DNA of 63,936 nucleotides, filler included, from an uncultured Methanosarcinales archaeon (GTDB lineage Archaea > Nanobdellota > Nanobdellia > Woesearchaeales > CAYXTQ01): the NCBI GenBank assembly GCA_964608065.1. It is 3 parts of 3 records of this genome, joined end to end, with 100 filler letters (N's around TTAATTAATTAA, not from the genome) between each part and the next. Parts side by side here need not be neighbours in the genome. Positions count along the whole stretch, not along the records: positions 1 to 28,631 come from CAZSMA010000006.1; 2 more parts are not named here. One strand, given 5' to 3'. Position numbers and translations under genes: made by a program. Below, in pieces: positions 1 through 8,099 of this stretch; within the stretch, counting starts at the first letter, position 1; the number at the start of each line of letters is the position of its first letter. The notes under the pieces are model-generated. The model worked only from the letters and a program-made list of their open reading frames with translations, did no database searches and was not told the DNA's origin.

Positions 1-19
1 CTTGGTTCTTTTGCTTAAA

Positions 20-52
20 TGATACCTCGGGCTTTAGCCCGATGGTAGTTCA
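20..52 (+). mobile_element. Probable right end of an IS200/IS605 (TnpB-type) element; the rest lies upstream of the window
   Basis: ctcgggctttagcccgatggtagttca: subterminal hairpin TCGGGC-TTTA-GCCCGA followed by GGTAGTTCA, the typical 3' end pattern of IS605/IS1341-type elements; no transposase in window. Confidence 0.55.
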
Positions 53-219
53 TTTCAAAATCACCACTAATCACTATTATCAAACTATGTAAATGGTTTT
101 CCTTTATATATCTCACGCGAGGTTGGCCAGTGGATAAGGAAAAGCATAATTTGATAGTTGGACTAATAAATAGGTGATTTTGAGTATTAAATGAGAAAAA
201 TCTAAATAATAAAATAAGT

Positions 220-514
220 GGGAAGACACATCAGAGGATGGATATAAGCAATAACTATTAGTTGACCTTGAACTTTCCTTAACTCCGCTACCCTAAGAGC
301 ACCAATATCAAAGTTTAAGGCTGCTTAATGTGGGTTTTAGCCCATTTCATTCCTGATCTGACCTATTTCACAAAGCTATCAGTCCCAAAGGACAGAGTCT
401 CATTGTCCAGCCCAAGACTAATTGTTAAAGCAAATACCTCTCTTCCGACTTCAGCTCTGTCTAAAGCGTGTTTACAGTGACAGGAGAGCGCTAACCTCCC
501 AGCCTAGTCTTCCC
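220..514 (-). ncRNA. ffs: Archaeal SRP (7S) RNA, interrupted by a 21-nt intron-like insertion (325-345)
   Basis: Minus strand: terminal helix GGGAAGAC/GUCUUCCC; Alu domain CUAGGCUGGGAGGUUAGCGCUCUCCUGUCACUGU with loop-loop AGCG/CGCU; helix 6 GGACA/UGUCC; helix 8 AGGU-CAGA-UCA-GGAA-UGA-[insert]-AGCA-GCCU; TATA (TTTAAAAA) at 536-543 on minus. Confidence 0.9.
325..345 (-). other. Putative BHB/BHL-type intron in SRP RNA helix 8
   Basis: AAUG-AA^A-UGGG-CUAAAA-CCCA-CAUU-AA^G: 4-bp central helix AAUG/CAUU with two 3-nt bulges; cutting after the 2nd nt of each bulge restores canonical helix 8. Confidence 0.75.
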
Positions 515-540
515 GTCCACATGAATATTATTGTGTTTTT

Positions 541-606
541 AAAGGTATCGAAAATTCTTTTAATTTTCGGGACATTGAAAAACAGGGTTTTTCATATGTT
601 ACTATT
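541..606. repeat. Dispersed double-hairpin repeat, copy 1 (abuts SRP RNA TATA box)
   Basis: AAAGGTATCGAAAAT-loop-ATTTTCGGGACATTGAAAAAC-loop-GTTTTTCA; matching copies at 55157, 60321 (inverted) and a partial copy at 16236. Confidence 0.8.
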
Positions 607-681
607 TTTCCGAAAAATATTAAAACTTGGAGATATATTAAGGTAAATATGAGGGAACAAACAACTAAAAAGGTAAATAAT

Positions 682-1500
682 ATGATGTATAGCTCTAGGA
701 TCTTGTTTTTAGGTACAGGAGCACAGTCTATTGTAATTGGAAAACAAACAAGAGCTTCTGGAGGGATTATCATACAATCTGGAGGAAGCCAGATACATAT
801 AGACCCTGGACCAGGAACTTTAATCAGGGCAAGAGAGTATGGTGCAAATTTAAGGGAAAATACTGCTTTACTGGTTTCTCATAATCATTTAGGGCATTGC
901 AATGATGTCAATGCTGTTGTTGATGCAATGACTTATGCTGGATTAGACAGGCAAGGAGTTTTAATTTCAAACGAGACTTTGATAAACGGTACAGAAGATA
1001 TAAAACCTTATCTGACTAAATTCCATAGAAATTGTCTAGAGAAGGTTATGGTTTTGAAAGAAGACCAAAGGGCTGCAATCTATGATGTTGAGATTAAGGC
1101 AATGCCTGCTGTACATTCAGAGCCAAACACAATAGGTTTTAGGATTGTAACACCTGATTTTGATTTAGTTTATACTTCTGATACAGCTTATTCAAGTAAA
1201 TTAGTAGAAGCTTACAAGGATTGTGATATATTAATTCTTAATGTAGTTAATCCTACAGAGTTTAAGACAACAGGAAATCTTTGTACAGAAGATGCTGTAA
1301 AGATTATTGAAAAAGTCAAACCCAGTTTATCTATAATAACACATTTTGGGATAAAAATGATAGAAGCTGACCCTATCAATGAGGCAAGAGAGATACAGAA
1401 ACAGACAAAGCAGCAGGTCATATCAGCAAAAGATGGAATGAGCATAAATCCAAGTACATATGCAGCTAAGTCTAAGCAGAAGTTATTAAAATCATACTAA
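682..1500 (+). CDS. MBL-fold metallo-hydrolase (RNase Z/PhnP-like)
   Basis: FLGTG, IDPGPG, SHNHLGH (variant HxHxDH), YTSDT and ITHFG motifs. Confidence 0.8.
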   Translation: MMYSSRILFLGTGAQSIVIGKQTRASGGIIIQSGGSQIHIDPGPGTLIRAREYGANLRENTALLVSHNHLGHCNDVNAVVDAMTYAGLDRQGVLISNETLINGTEDIKPYLTKFHRNCLEKVMVLKEDQRAAIYDVEIKAMPAVHSEPNTIGFRIVTPDFDLVYTSDTAYSSKLVEAYKDCDILILNVVNPTEFKTTGNLCTEDAVKIIEKVKPSLSIITHFGIKMIEADPINEAREIQKQTKQQVISAKDGMSINPSTYAAKSKQKLLKSY

Positions 1501-1568
1501 AAAAATTGTTTAACAATTTTTGGTATCCTAGAAATCAGTTTCTAAAATAAAAACTATTAAACTGATTT

Positions 1569-2471
1569 CTATGATATTAGTATAATAATTATATAGCCAA
1601 TTATACAACCTATAGATACAAAGGGCATTGCAGGATAGAATTTATCTTTCTGGCTTTTTAGAAGCAATATAGTCAATGAAATAGCAACAAACAAAGTTAT
1701 TATAGAGGATTGTATAAAAGCAATATTTTTTGGCAGACCATTTAAAATTAGATGTTCCATGACAGCAGCAGAGAATAAAAGTGGAAATGCAATATCTCCT
1801 CCTCCCAGCATAGCACTTTTAGCTTTAATTTTTATTTTTTTTAATTTTTTGTTTTTTGTTCTAATTTGTTTTTTTGGAATATATTGCAGCATTAATCCTG
1901 CAAATAATCTTGATTTTGCCTGAAATTTAGCTAATTTTATCATATGTTTTGATTTCCAGACAGCATACATATCATATAATGAAATAACTATTAATAAAGT
2001 TATTGCAGATACAATGTTGAGGAATGGTAGGATGACTATTGTAATGCCTGTGTAAACAAATATTTCTGTAAAATTATGCACTATTATATTTGGCCTTAAA
2101 ACTTTTACTGCTGCTAATAATAATGCTAGGATTATAGCATATATTCTTATTATGTAAACATTAAAAGATACAGCTAAAGTCATAAACACAGCCAAGAAAA
2201 ACCATAATTTCCATAATTTTCCTAGTCTAAATTTTATTAGTAATAGTAAAATTCCTGTTCCTATAAGTACAGCTATGATAATAGGTATTGCTGAGTAGGA
2301 TTTGTCTTCTACTTCTGGCTGTGGTCCAAGTATTGTGTCAGGGTGGATTATTTTTATACCCTTATCTGTTTTTTCTACATCTATGTATTTGCTTACAGTT
2401 GCTAATCCAACTACTTGTGTTAGTATGAATAATGTTATCAATAAGATTGTAATCTTTAGTGTGTGTTTCAT
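1569..2471 (-). CDS. Presenilin-family intramembrane aspartyl protease (PSH)
   Basis: Multiple TM helices with YD, LGGGD and PAMP catalytic motifs. Confidence 0.9.
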   Translation of the reverse strand: MKHTLKITILLITLFILTQVVGLATVSKYIDVEKTDKGIKIIHPDTILGPQPEVEDKSYSAIPIIIAVLIGTGILLLLIKFRLGKLWKLWFFLAVFMTLAVSFNVYIIRIYAIILALLLAAVKVLRPNIIVHNFTEIFVYTGITIVILPFLNIVSAITLLIVISLYDMYAVWKSKHMIKLAKFQAKSRLFAGLMLQYIPKKQIRTKNKKLKKIKIKAKSAMLGGGDIAFPLLFSAAVMEHLILNGLPKNIAFIQSSIITLFVAISLTILLLKSQKDKFYPAMPFVSIGCIIGYIIIILIS

Positions 2472-2552
2472 AAGAAATTGTTGATTTGGTTTTTATAAAA
2501 ATCTTTCGAAATAAAAACCTTTAAATAGAAGTTCTGAACTCCAAAGAAAGCA

Positions 2553-2630
2553 ATGCAAACTACAAATATAAACAAGAAGAGTAATGATTTAGGCAGTTTG
2601 CAAACTAAGTTCTATTATTGGTTTTGGTGA
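2553..2630 (+). CDS. Putative 25-aa leader peptide MQTTNINKKSNDLGSLQTKFYYWFW
   Basis: ATG about 25 nt after BRE-TATA (AAAACCTTTAAATA, 2514-2527); aromatic-rich C-terminus. Confidence 0.4.
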   Translation: MQTTNINKKSNDLGSLQTKFYYWFW

Positions 2631-2742
2631 TTAACTCCCATTAATTTCTGGGGGGTACGATATCATCATTCTATAGCTATATTCTAAGTTGAGAATTATG
2701 CTATAGAGATAATAGGATAAAAATAACGGAGGAGAGAATAAA

Positions 2743-3198
2743 ATGGCAAATGGAAATGTAGAAACGAGTTTTGAAAGTTTGAGAGATAGAATAGTTTTAG
2801 AAGTGTCGTATACTCTTGGTTGGGACATGGATTCCTCTTTAGTTAAATCATATACTGATGATGGAAAAGTATATTTGAATGAAGAAGAGGGATTTAGGCT
2901 TATAGGTGAAGATAGTGCTTTTTTAGGATATGTTAAAAAGCATACAGAAGAAATTCGTAAATCGCAACAAAAAACAAAAAAGAAGCTTGATGGATTTAAT
3001 GAACAAAATATCTCAGATATAGGGAAGTACAATACATTAGTTGCATTGTTGGATGGGACTGAAACTAATCTGATTTATTTAAGAAACCATAATTTGAAGA
3101 ATAGGAATAACAGCGAATTAATAAGGAATCAAGGGAACTTAGTGGAGAAGATGAGGAATCTAATATTTTATGCTAACCAACATTATTTTAAGGTTTAA
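2743..3198 (+). CDS. Hypothetical protein
   Basis: 151-aa ORF with GGAGGAG SD upstream. Confidence 0.7.
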   Translation: MANGNVETSFESLRDRIVLEVSYTLGWDMDSSLVKSYTDDGKVYLNEEEGFRLIGEDSAFLGYVKKHTEEIRKSQQKTKKKLDGFNEQNISDIGKYNTLVALLDGTETNLIYLRNHNLKNRNNSELIRNQGNLVEKMRNLIFYANQHYFKV

Positions 3199-3199
3199 A

Positions 3200-3292
3200 A
3201 TGAAACATAAAAAACATTTAGAAAGAATTGAACATTATTTTTATTTTGTTAGTTGTAAATCTATAAATTATGGATGTTGGCGTTGGTGCTAG
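3200..3292 (+). CDS. Putative 30-aa peptide MKHKKHLERIEHYFYFVSCKSINYGCWRWC
   Basis: ATG 2 nt after the upstream stop; ends in WxW like 2553-2630. Confidence 0.3.
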   Translation: MKHKKHLERIEHYFYFVSCKSINYGCWRWC

Positions 3293-3354
3293 TTCTTATT
3301 TTTATTTTTAATTAAAAATTGGTTGATAGGTAATAGAATAAAATTTTTGGAGGA

Positions 3355-3687
3355 TTGATAAAAATGAGTATAAAACCAGATTACAAAACATTATATGATG
3401 TAATAATCAATTCAGATTTTGGTGGAGAAAGAAAGAAAAAAATTAGTCAATTAAAATTGAAAATTGAGATATCAAAAACAGGTTATGAATATGGGGCAAG
3501 TGAAACATTGGAACCTATAATAGTTACAACAAATGATGGGAACATTATAGGAGATGACGTTGTAGGGTACTTTAAAGACTTGAAGCAATATTTCGCGGCT
3601 AATATAGACTGTGTTATTTCAGAGATTGAGAGAATTACAGAAGAAAAACCAAAATACGGAGGAGGATATCAAGGTGTTTTTTGTTAA
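3355..3687 (+). CDS. Hypothetical protein
   Basis: 110-aa ORF; GGAGG SD, true start possibly ATG 3364. Confidence 0.65.
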   Translation: MIKMSIKPDYKTLYDVIINSDFGGERKKKISQLKLKIEISKTGYEYGASETLEPIIVTTNDGNIIGDDVVGYFKDLKQYFAANIDCVISEIERITEEKPKYGGGYQGVFC

Positions 3688-3736
3688 TTTTTTTTTTTAT
3701 TTTCAGTAACATTTTTATATCAGGCAAAATCAATTA

Positions 3737-4831
3737 ATGATTATGACAAAAACAATAGATCCATATGGAAGTGAATTAATAGAGGATTATACCAAAATAA
3801 TCAAGGATTTTGGTTTAGATAGTTTTGACCCTAAGATTTATCCAAAGCCTAATAGGATTATGAGAAGAGAGGTAGTTTTTGCTGGAAGGGATTTGAATAT
3901 TATTGCAAAGTGTATAAAAGAGAAAAAACCATATTATGTGCTTTCAGGAATAATGCCATCTAGTGAAAAGATTCATTTTGGAACAAAGATGGTTGTAGAG
4001 AATATTTCATATTTTCAAAAGCATGGAGCTCATACTTATATTTTAATTGCAGATTTAGAATCAGCTGCTGCTCGTGGAGTTTCAATAGAAGAAGGCAAGA
4101 AAAGAGCTTTAAACTTCCATATTCCAGCTTATATTGCTTTAGGATTAGACCCTAAGAAAACAACTTTCTATTTTCAATCAGAGAATAAAGATGTAGTGCA
4201 TATGGCTTATGAGTTTTCAAAGAAAATAACATTGAATGAGTTCAGAGCTGTGTATGGAAATGCAGATCCTGGAAGGATTATGAGTGCAGTAACACAAGTT
4301 GCAGATATATTATATCCACAGCTGAAAGAAAGAATGCCTGGGATAATTCCAGTTGGTGTTGACCAAGACCCCCATATACGATTGACAAGAGATGTTGTCA
4401 AAAGAGTTAAAGATAAGAAATTCTTTTTGCCAAGTTCAATCTATCATAAATATACCCCTAGTTTAGATGGAAGTGTTAAAATGTCAAAGTCTAAGCCAGA
4501 AAGCTGTATTGAATTGCCTGAAGATCCTGATATAGTATGCAAAAAATTGAAAAGAGCTTTAACTGGTGGAAGGGATACTGTTGATGAACAGAAAAAATTA
4601 GGTGGACAGCCAGAGAAATGCATGATTTTTGAACTTTACAAACAACATTTAGTTGAAGATGACAAAGAGTTAGAGAAAATTTATAATGACTGCAAAGCTG
4701 GAAAATTACTTTGCGGAGAAGATAAACTGATAGTATGCGATAAAATGAAGAAGTTTATGAATGATTTTAAGAAGAAACTAGATAAAGCAAAGAAACAAGT
4801 AAGTAAGTTAAATTTCGTTAGATTTAAATAA
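3737..4831 (+). CDS. trpS: Tryptophan--tRNA ligase (archaeal type)
   Basis: SGIMPS..IHFG (HIGH-like), PVGVDQDPH, KMSKS, ALTGGR, CGEDK. Confidence 0.95.
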   Translation: MIMTKTIDPYGSELIEDYTKIIKDFGLDSFDPKIYPKPNRIMRREVVFAGRDLNIIAKCIKEKKPYYVLSGIMPSSEKIHFGTKMVVENISYFQKHGAHTYILIADLESAAARGVSIEEGKKRALNFHIPAYIALGLDPKKTTFYFQSENKDVVHMAYEFSKKITLNEFRAVYGNADPGRIMSAVTQVADILYPQLKERMPGIIPVGVDQDPHIRLTRDVVKRVKDKKFFLPSSIYHKYTPSLDGSVKMSKSKPESCIELPEDPDIVCKKLKRALTGGRDTVDEQKKLGGQPEKCMIFELYKQHLVEDDKELEKIYNDCKAGKLLCGEDKLIVCDKMKKFMNDFKKKLDKAKKQVSKLNFVRFK

Positions 4832-4868
4832 GTTAAAGATATATTTATTACAAAAAGAGGTGGTTATT

Positions 4869-5093
4869 ATGAAATTTGAATTTGCTCCATTAAAAGGAAG
4901 TTTTATGATTATTAGCATTATTGGCTTTGTTATTTCTGCTATATGGATTTATAGAGCAAGTCCATCATTAGGGTTTTCTTTTGCATTAATTTTTGTGCTG
5001 ATGTTCATAGCATCACTTATATCAATGACATATGGTCCTGTAAGTGATAAAGATTTACATGTTGATGAAAGGGTTAAGAGAAAAAGAAAATAA
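4869..5093 (+). CDS. Small two-TM membrane protein
   Basis: Two hydrophobic segments; GAGGTGG SD. Confidence 0.7.
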   Translation: MKFEFAPLKGSFMIISIIGFVISAIWIYRASPSLGFSFALIFVLMFIASLISMTYGPVSDKDLHVDERVKRKRK

Positions 5094-5096
5094 AAA

Positions 5097-5396
5097 TTAT
5101 TTATCCAACCTGTCAAACTTTTCTTTGCACTTGCTTTCTTTCCAATAGACAACATGAGAGCTTTTTTTCTCAAAAAGAGCAACAGACATTCTTACTAAAT
5201 CTGTCTGGAAATCTTTCATTTTTTTTTCCTGTATAATTTTTTTTGCATCTTCAAGGCACTCTTTCATTAACTTCAAGTTTTCTTCATGTGCTTTTTGCTC
5301 TATTTGTTTTTCTTCATCTTCTGTTAGAAATACTTCTTCCCATTGAGGATATGTAGAGCCTTTTACTGTTTTTGGAAAAGACTTAGAAAAGGTCAT
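5097..5396 (-). CDS. Conserved hypothetical protein
   Basis: 99-aa ORF translationally coupled to upstream prs. Confidence 0.7.
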   Translation of the reverse strand: MTFSKSFPKTVKGSTYPQWEEVFLTEDEEKQIEQKAHEENLKLMKECLEDAKKIIQEKKMKDFQTDLVRMSVALFEKKSSHVVYWKESKCKEKFDRLDK

Positions 5397-6436
5397 AATT
5401 TAACTACCTCGTATAAATCAGCAGGATTGATGTCTTCCAACATCTCAGTTATAGTATAACCGTGCCTGTCTCTTCTGATAGCTTCTGCCATATAGGGTGC
5501 TATGTTTAAGATAGTAGTTTTTTTTCTTAATTTAGGGCTGTTCTTGACTTTTTCTGTAATAAATGGTCTTGTGTTTGTGATTATCAGTTCATCTACTTCA
5601 GATTTGTCAAGAGCATCTTCAAATTTATTTCCTGATTTATCACTTAAGTAAGCATGAGTCAAACAAGCACATACTTTTTTTGCTCCACTTTTTTTTGCTA
5701 ATTCTGCAGCAGCCATTAATGTGCCTCCAGTATCTATCATGTCATCAACTATTATTACATCTTTTCCTTCAACATCTCCAATGATTTTTCCAGTTTTTGT
5801 TACATTGACTCCTACTCTTTCTTTTTGGACAAAGCCAATCTCTATCTCTTTACCATCTTCTTTACTTATTTCTCTTGCTAACATAGAAGCTAAACGTAAA
5901 CTTCCAGCATCTGGAGATATTATTGCTATTTTTTTCCAGAATTCTTTTTCATCTTTGTATCTTTCTTTGATTAAATGTCCAAATACAGGGAACATCCTTA
6001 AGTGGTCTAATGATTTATGGAAACCTTCTATTTGAGGGCTATGCAGTTCTAGAGTAATTGTATGATCTGCTCCAGCAGAGTTGAATAAAAGTCCAAGTAA
6101 CCTGGCAGTATTAGGTTCACGTTGTCCATGCCTTTTATCCTGTCTTGAGTAAGGTAAATCTGGACATACAATAGTCAGGTTAGTGCAATAACTGATCTTC
6201 ATATTGTTGATAACCTGCAATGCGTTGAATATTTCTCCATCTACATTATCTTTGAAAGTCAGAACAAAGTAAACATCAAGTTTTCTAAGATTTGTATGGA
6301 TGGTTTGCTTGTTTTCTCCATTAGCGAATGTTACAAAATCGACTTTTCCAAGATCATTTCCAAGTTTTTTGCAGACATCTGAAGCAAATTCATCATTTTG
6401 TCTACAGCCTAATACAACATAATCTTCTTTTTTCAT
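5393..6436 (-). CDS. prs: Ribose-phosphate pyrophosphokinase (long, class I-like)
   Basis: FANGE, PYSRQDK, ELHSPQIEGF, SPDAG, VDDMIDTGGTL. Confidence 0.9.
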   Translation of the reverse strand: MKKEDYVVLGCRQNDEFASDVCKKLGNDLGKVDFVTFANGENKQTIHTNLRKLDVYFVLTFKDNVDGEIFNALQVINNMKISYCTNLTIVCPDLPYSRQDKRHGQREPNTARLLGLLFNSAGADHTITLELHSPQIEGFHKSLDHLRMFPVFGHLIKERYKDEKEFWKKIAIISPDAGSLRLASMLAREISKEDGKEIEIGFVQKERVGVNVTKTGKIIGDVEGKDVIIVDDMIDTGGTLMAAAELAKKSGAKKVCACLTHAYLSDKSGNKFEDALDKSEVDELIITNTRPFITEKVKNSPKLRKKTTILNIAPYMAEAIRRDRHGYTITEMLEDINPADLYEVVKL

Positions 6437-6550
6437 CTAAAGCCCCCTTTTATTTAAGAAAAGATAGTAGTATTTAAATTTTGTCAAAAACCACCCATCA
6501 GAGAAGGAGAGGTATTATCTTATCAGCATCATTAGTAAGTGGTTTTCGAG

Positions 6551-6643
6551 TGTTTGAAATCGTTTTACGATTTCTAACAAACAAGAAATTTGCAAAGCAA
6601 ATTTCTCAGTTCATGATCAGAAATTTTTTGTAAAAATTTCTGA
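6551..6643. repeat. Three tandem short palindromes with GAAAT...ATTTC stems
   Basis: GAAATCGT-TTT-ACGATTTC; AGAAATTTGC-AAA-GCAAATTTCT; TCAGAAATTTTT-TGT-AAAAATTTCTGA. Confidence 0.75.
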
Positions 6644-6651
6644 CATTTTAA

Positions 6652-7977
6652 TTATAATTCAATTTTCTTTTTTACCTTGTGCATTGCAACAGGCGCTTCA
6701 CCGCCGTGCCATGTAAATCTTGGACGTACTTTCATTGGATATAAGCGTTCATTGACATCATCAAATATTATACCAGAACCTCTTACACGAGGCAGGTAAT
6801 TCAGTTGTTTATCAAGACCTTCTCTCATGTAGCTTTGCATTAACATGCCTAGTGCTTTTATATCAACCTGTGCAGTTAGTCTGTGAGAAATTATAATATC
6901 TGATTGAGTCATGACATCAGTATGAATCTTGCCTGGCTGTTGTGATGCTAACACCATAGAAATTCCTGGCTGCCTTCCTTCCCTTAATATAGTAATCAAA
7001 GCATTGCTTGCAGCTGTTTTTCCTTCATTTGGCAGAAATTCATGAGCTTCATCAACTATCAACCATACTAAAGGTTTTTCTCTTTTTTCTTCTATATCAT
7101 CTTCACTTAAAAAACTTGTTTCTTTTTTTACAGCCTCATATTCTTCTTTTTTTCTTTCGATCATCCTGTTGATGAATAGTTTTTGGGAAACCAGGCCAAT
7201 GACTAATGCTCTGATTCCTTCAGCTCCAGGAATCAATGCATAAGCACTTACATCTAAAACAGTTACCTGTCCGCCTTTTACAAGCTCATCAATTGGAGTT
7301 CCTTCTTCGCTGAATAAACCCCAGCTTTGAGCATTCATAAACCTGTTTTCTGCAGAATCTTTAGTGTTTTGATCTACTCTGTCGTCTTTTTGGATAACAT
7401 TTAATATATCTTTAATTGAATATTCTTTTTTATCTTTCTTTAATCTTGTAATTGTTCTTTCTATTAGGACACCTACCTGGTTGTTAAGGTCTATCCCAAA
7501 AGTCAAACCCCAATCATAAGCACTTAGCTCAGAAGGTTTTATTGAAAAAGGAAAATCTGTCGGAATACCAGATTCCTTGACTTGTTTATAGTAGCCTTTA
7601 GGTGTGTAAATCTGAACATCCAAGCTTTTAGCTTTAATATCCCATTCATCTAATAATTTCTCATCTTTTTTGTTTGAGTGTTTCATTGTCCAGTATATTC
7701 CCATTGTGTCAAAAATAACTACTGCTAAATTTTCAGCTAATTGTCCAGGCAATTCAGAAATACCTTCTGCAATAACGCCCATTGTATAACTCTTACCAGA
7801 GCCTCTTTTACCGCAAACAAACACAACATGGCTTCTGGCAACATCCATGTATATATTACTTGACAGAGAAGTAGTTTCACCCATTTTTACATAATGCCTG
7901 CCTATCAATATAGTTCCTTCTTTACCAAACTCCTCTTTGTCAACTTTATTCCTTCCTATTATAATATCATAAACCAT
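6652..7977 (-). CDS. HerA/FtsK-like ATPase (DUF87)
   Basis: Walker A GKRGSGKS, Walker B LIVDEAH, REGRQPG, ASQQP. Confidence 0.85.
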   Translation of the reverse strand: MVYDIIIGRNKVDKEEFGKEGTILIGRHYVKMGETTSLSSNIYMDVARSHVVFVCGKRGSGKSYTMGVIAEGISELPGQLAENLAVVIFDTMGIYWTMKHSNKKDEKLLDEWDIKAKSLDVQIYTPKGYYKQVKESGIPTDFPFSIKPSELSAYDWGLTFGIDLNNQVGVLIERTITRLKKDKKEYSIKDILNVIQKDDRVDQNTKDSAENRFMNAQSWGLFSEEGTPIDELVKGGQVTVLDVSAYALIPGAEGIRALVIGLVSQKLFINRMIERKKEEYEAVKKETSFLSEDDIEEKREKPLVWLIVDEAHEFLPNEGKTAASNALITILREGRQPGISMVLASQQPGKIHTDVMTQSDIIISHRLTAQVDIKALGMLMQSYMREGLDKQLNYLPRVRGSGIIFDDVNERLYPMKVRPRFTWHGGEAPVAMHKVKKKIEL

Positions 7978-8099
7978 CTTAACTCTAAAATAGAATAATT
8001 ACTAATATAAAAATATATTGACTTTTGGTTGCAATAACCGTAAGGTTTATTAATAAAGGGTTTATCCTGTTAAAACAAAAAGGGGGTGATTTAAGGTAG

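Noticed and set aside
422..773. ORFs 422-646 (+) and 528-773 (-)
   Set aside because: They overlap the SRP RNA, the repeat and the MBL gene, with no protein-like features
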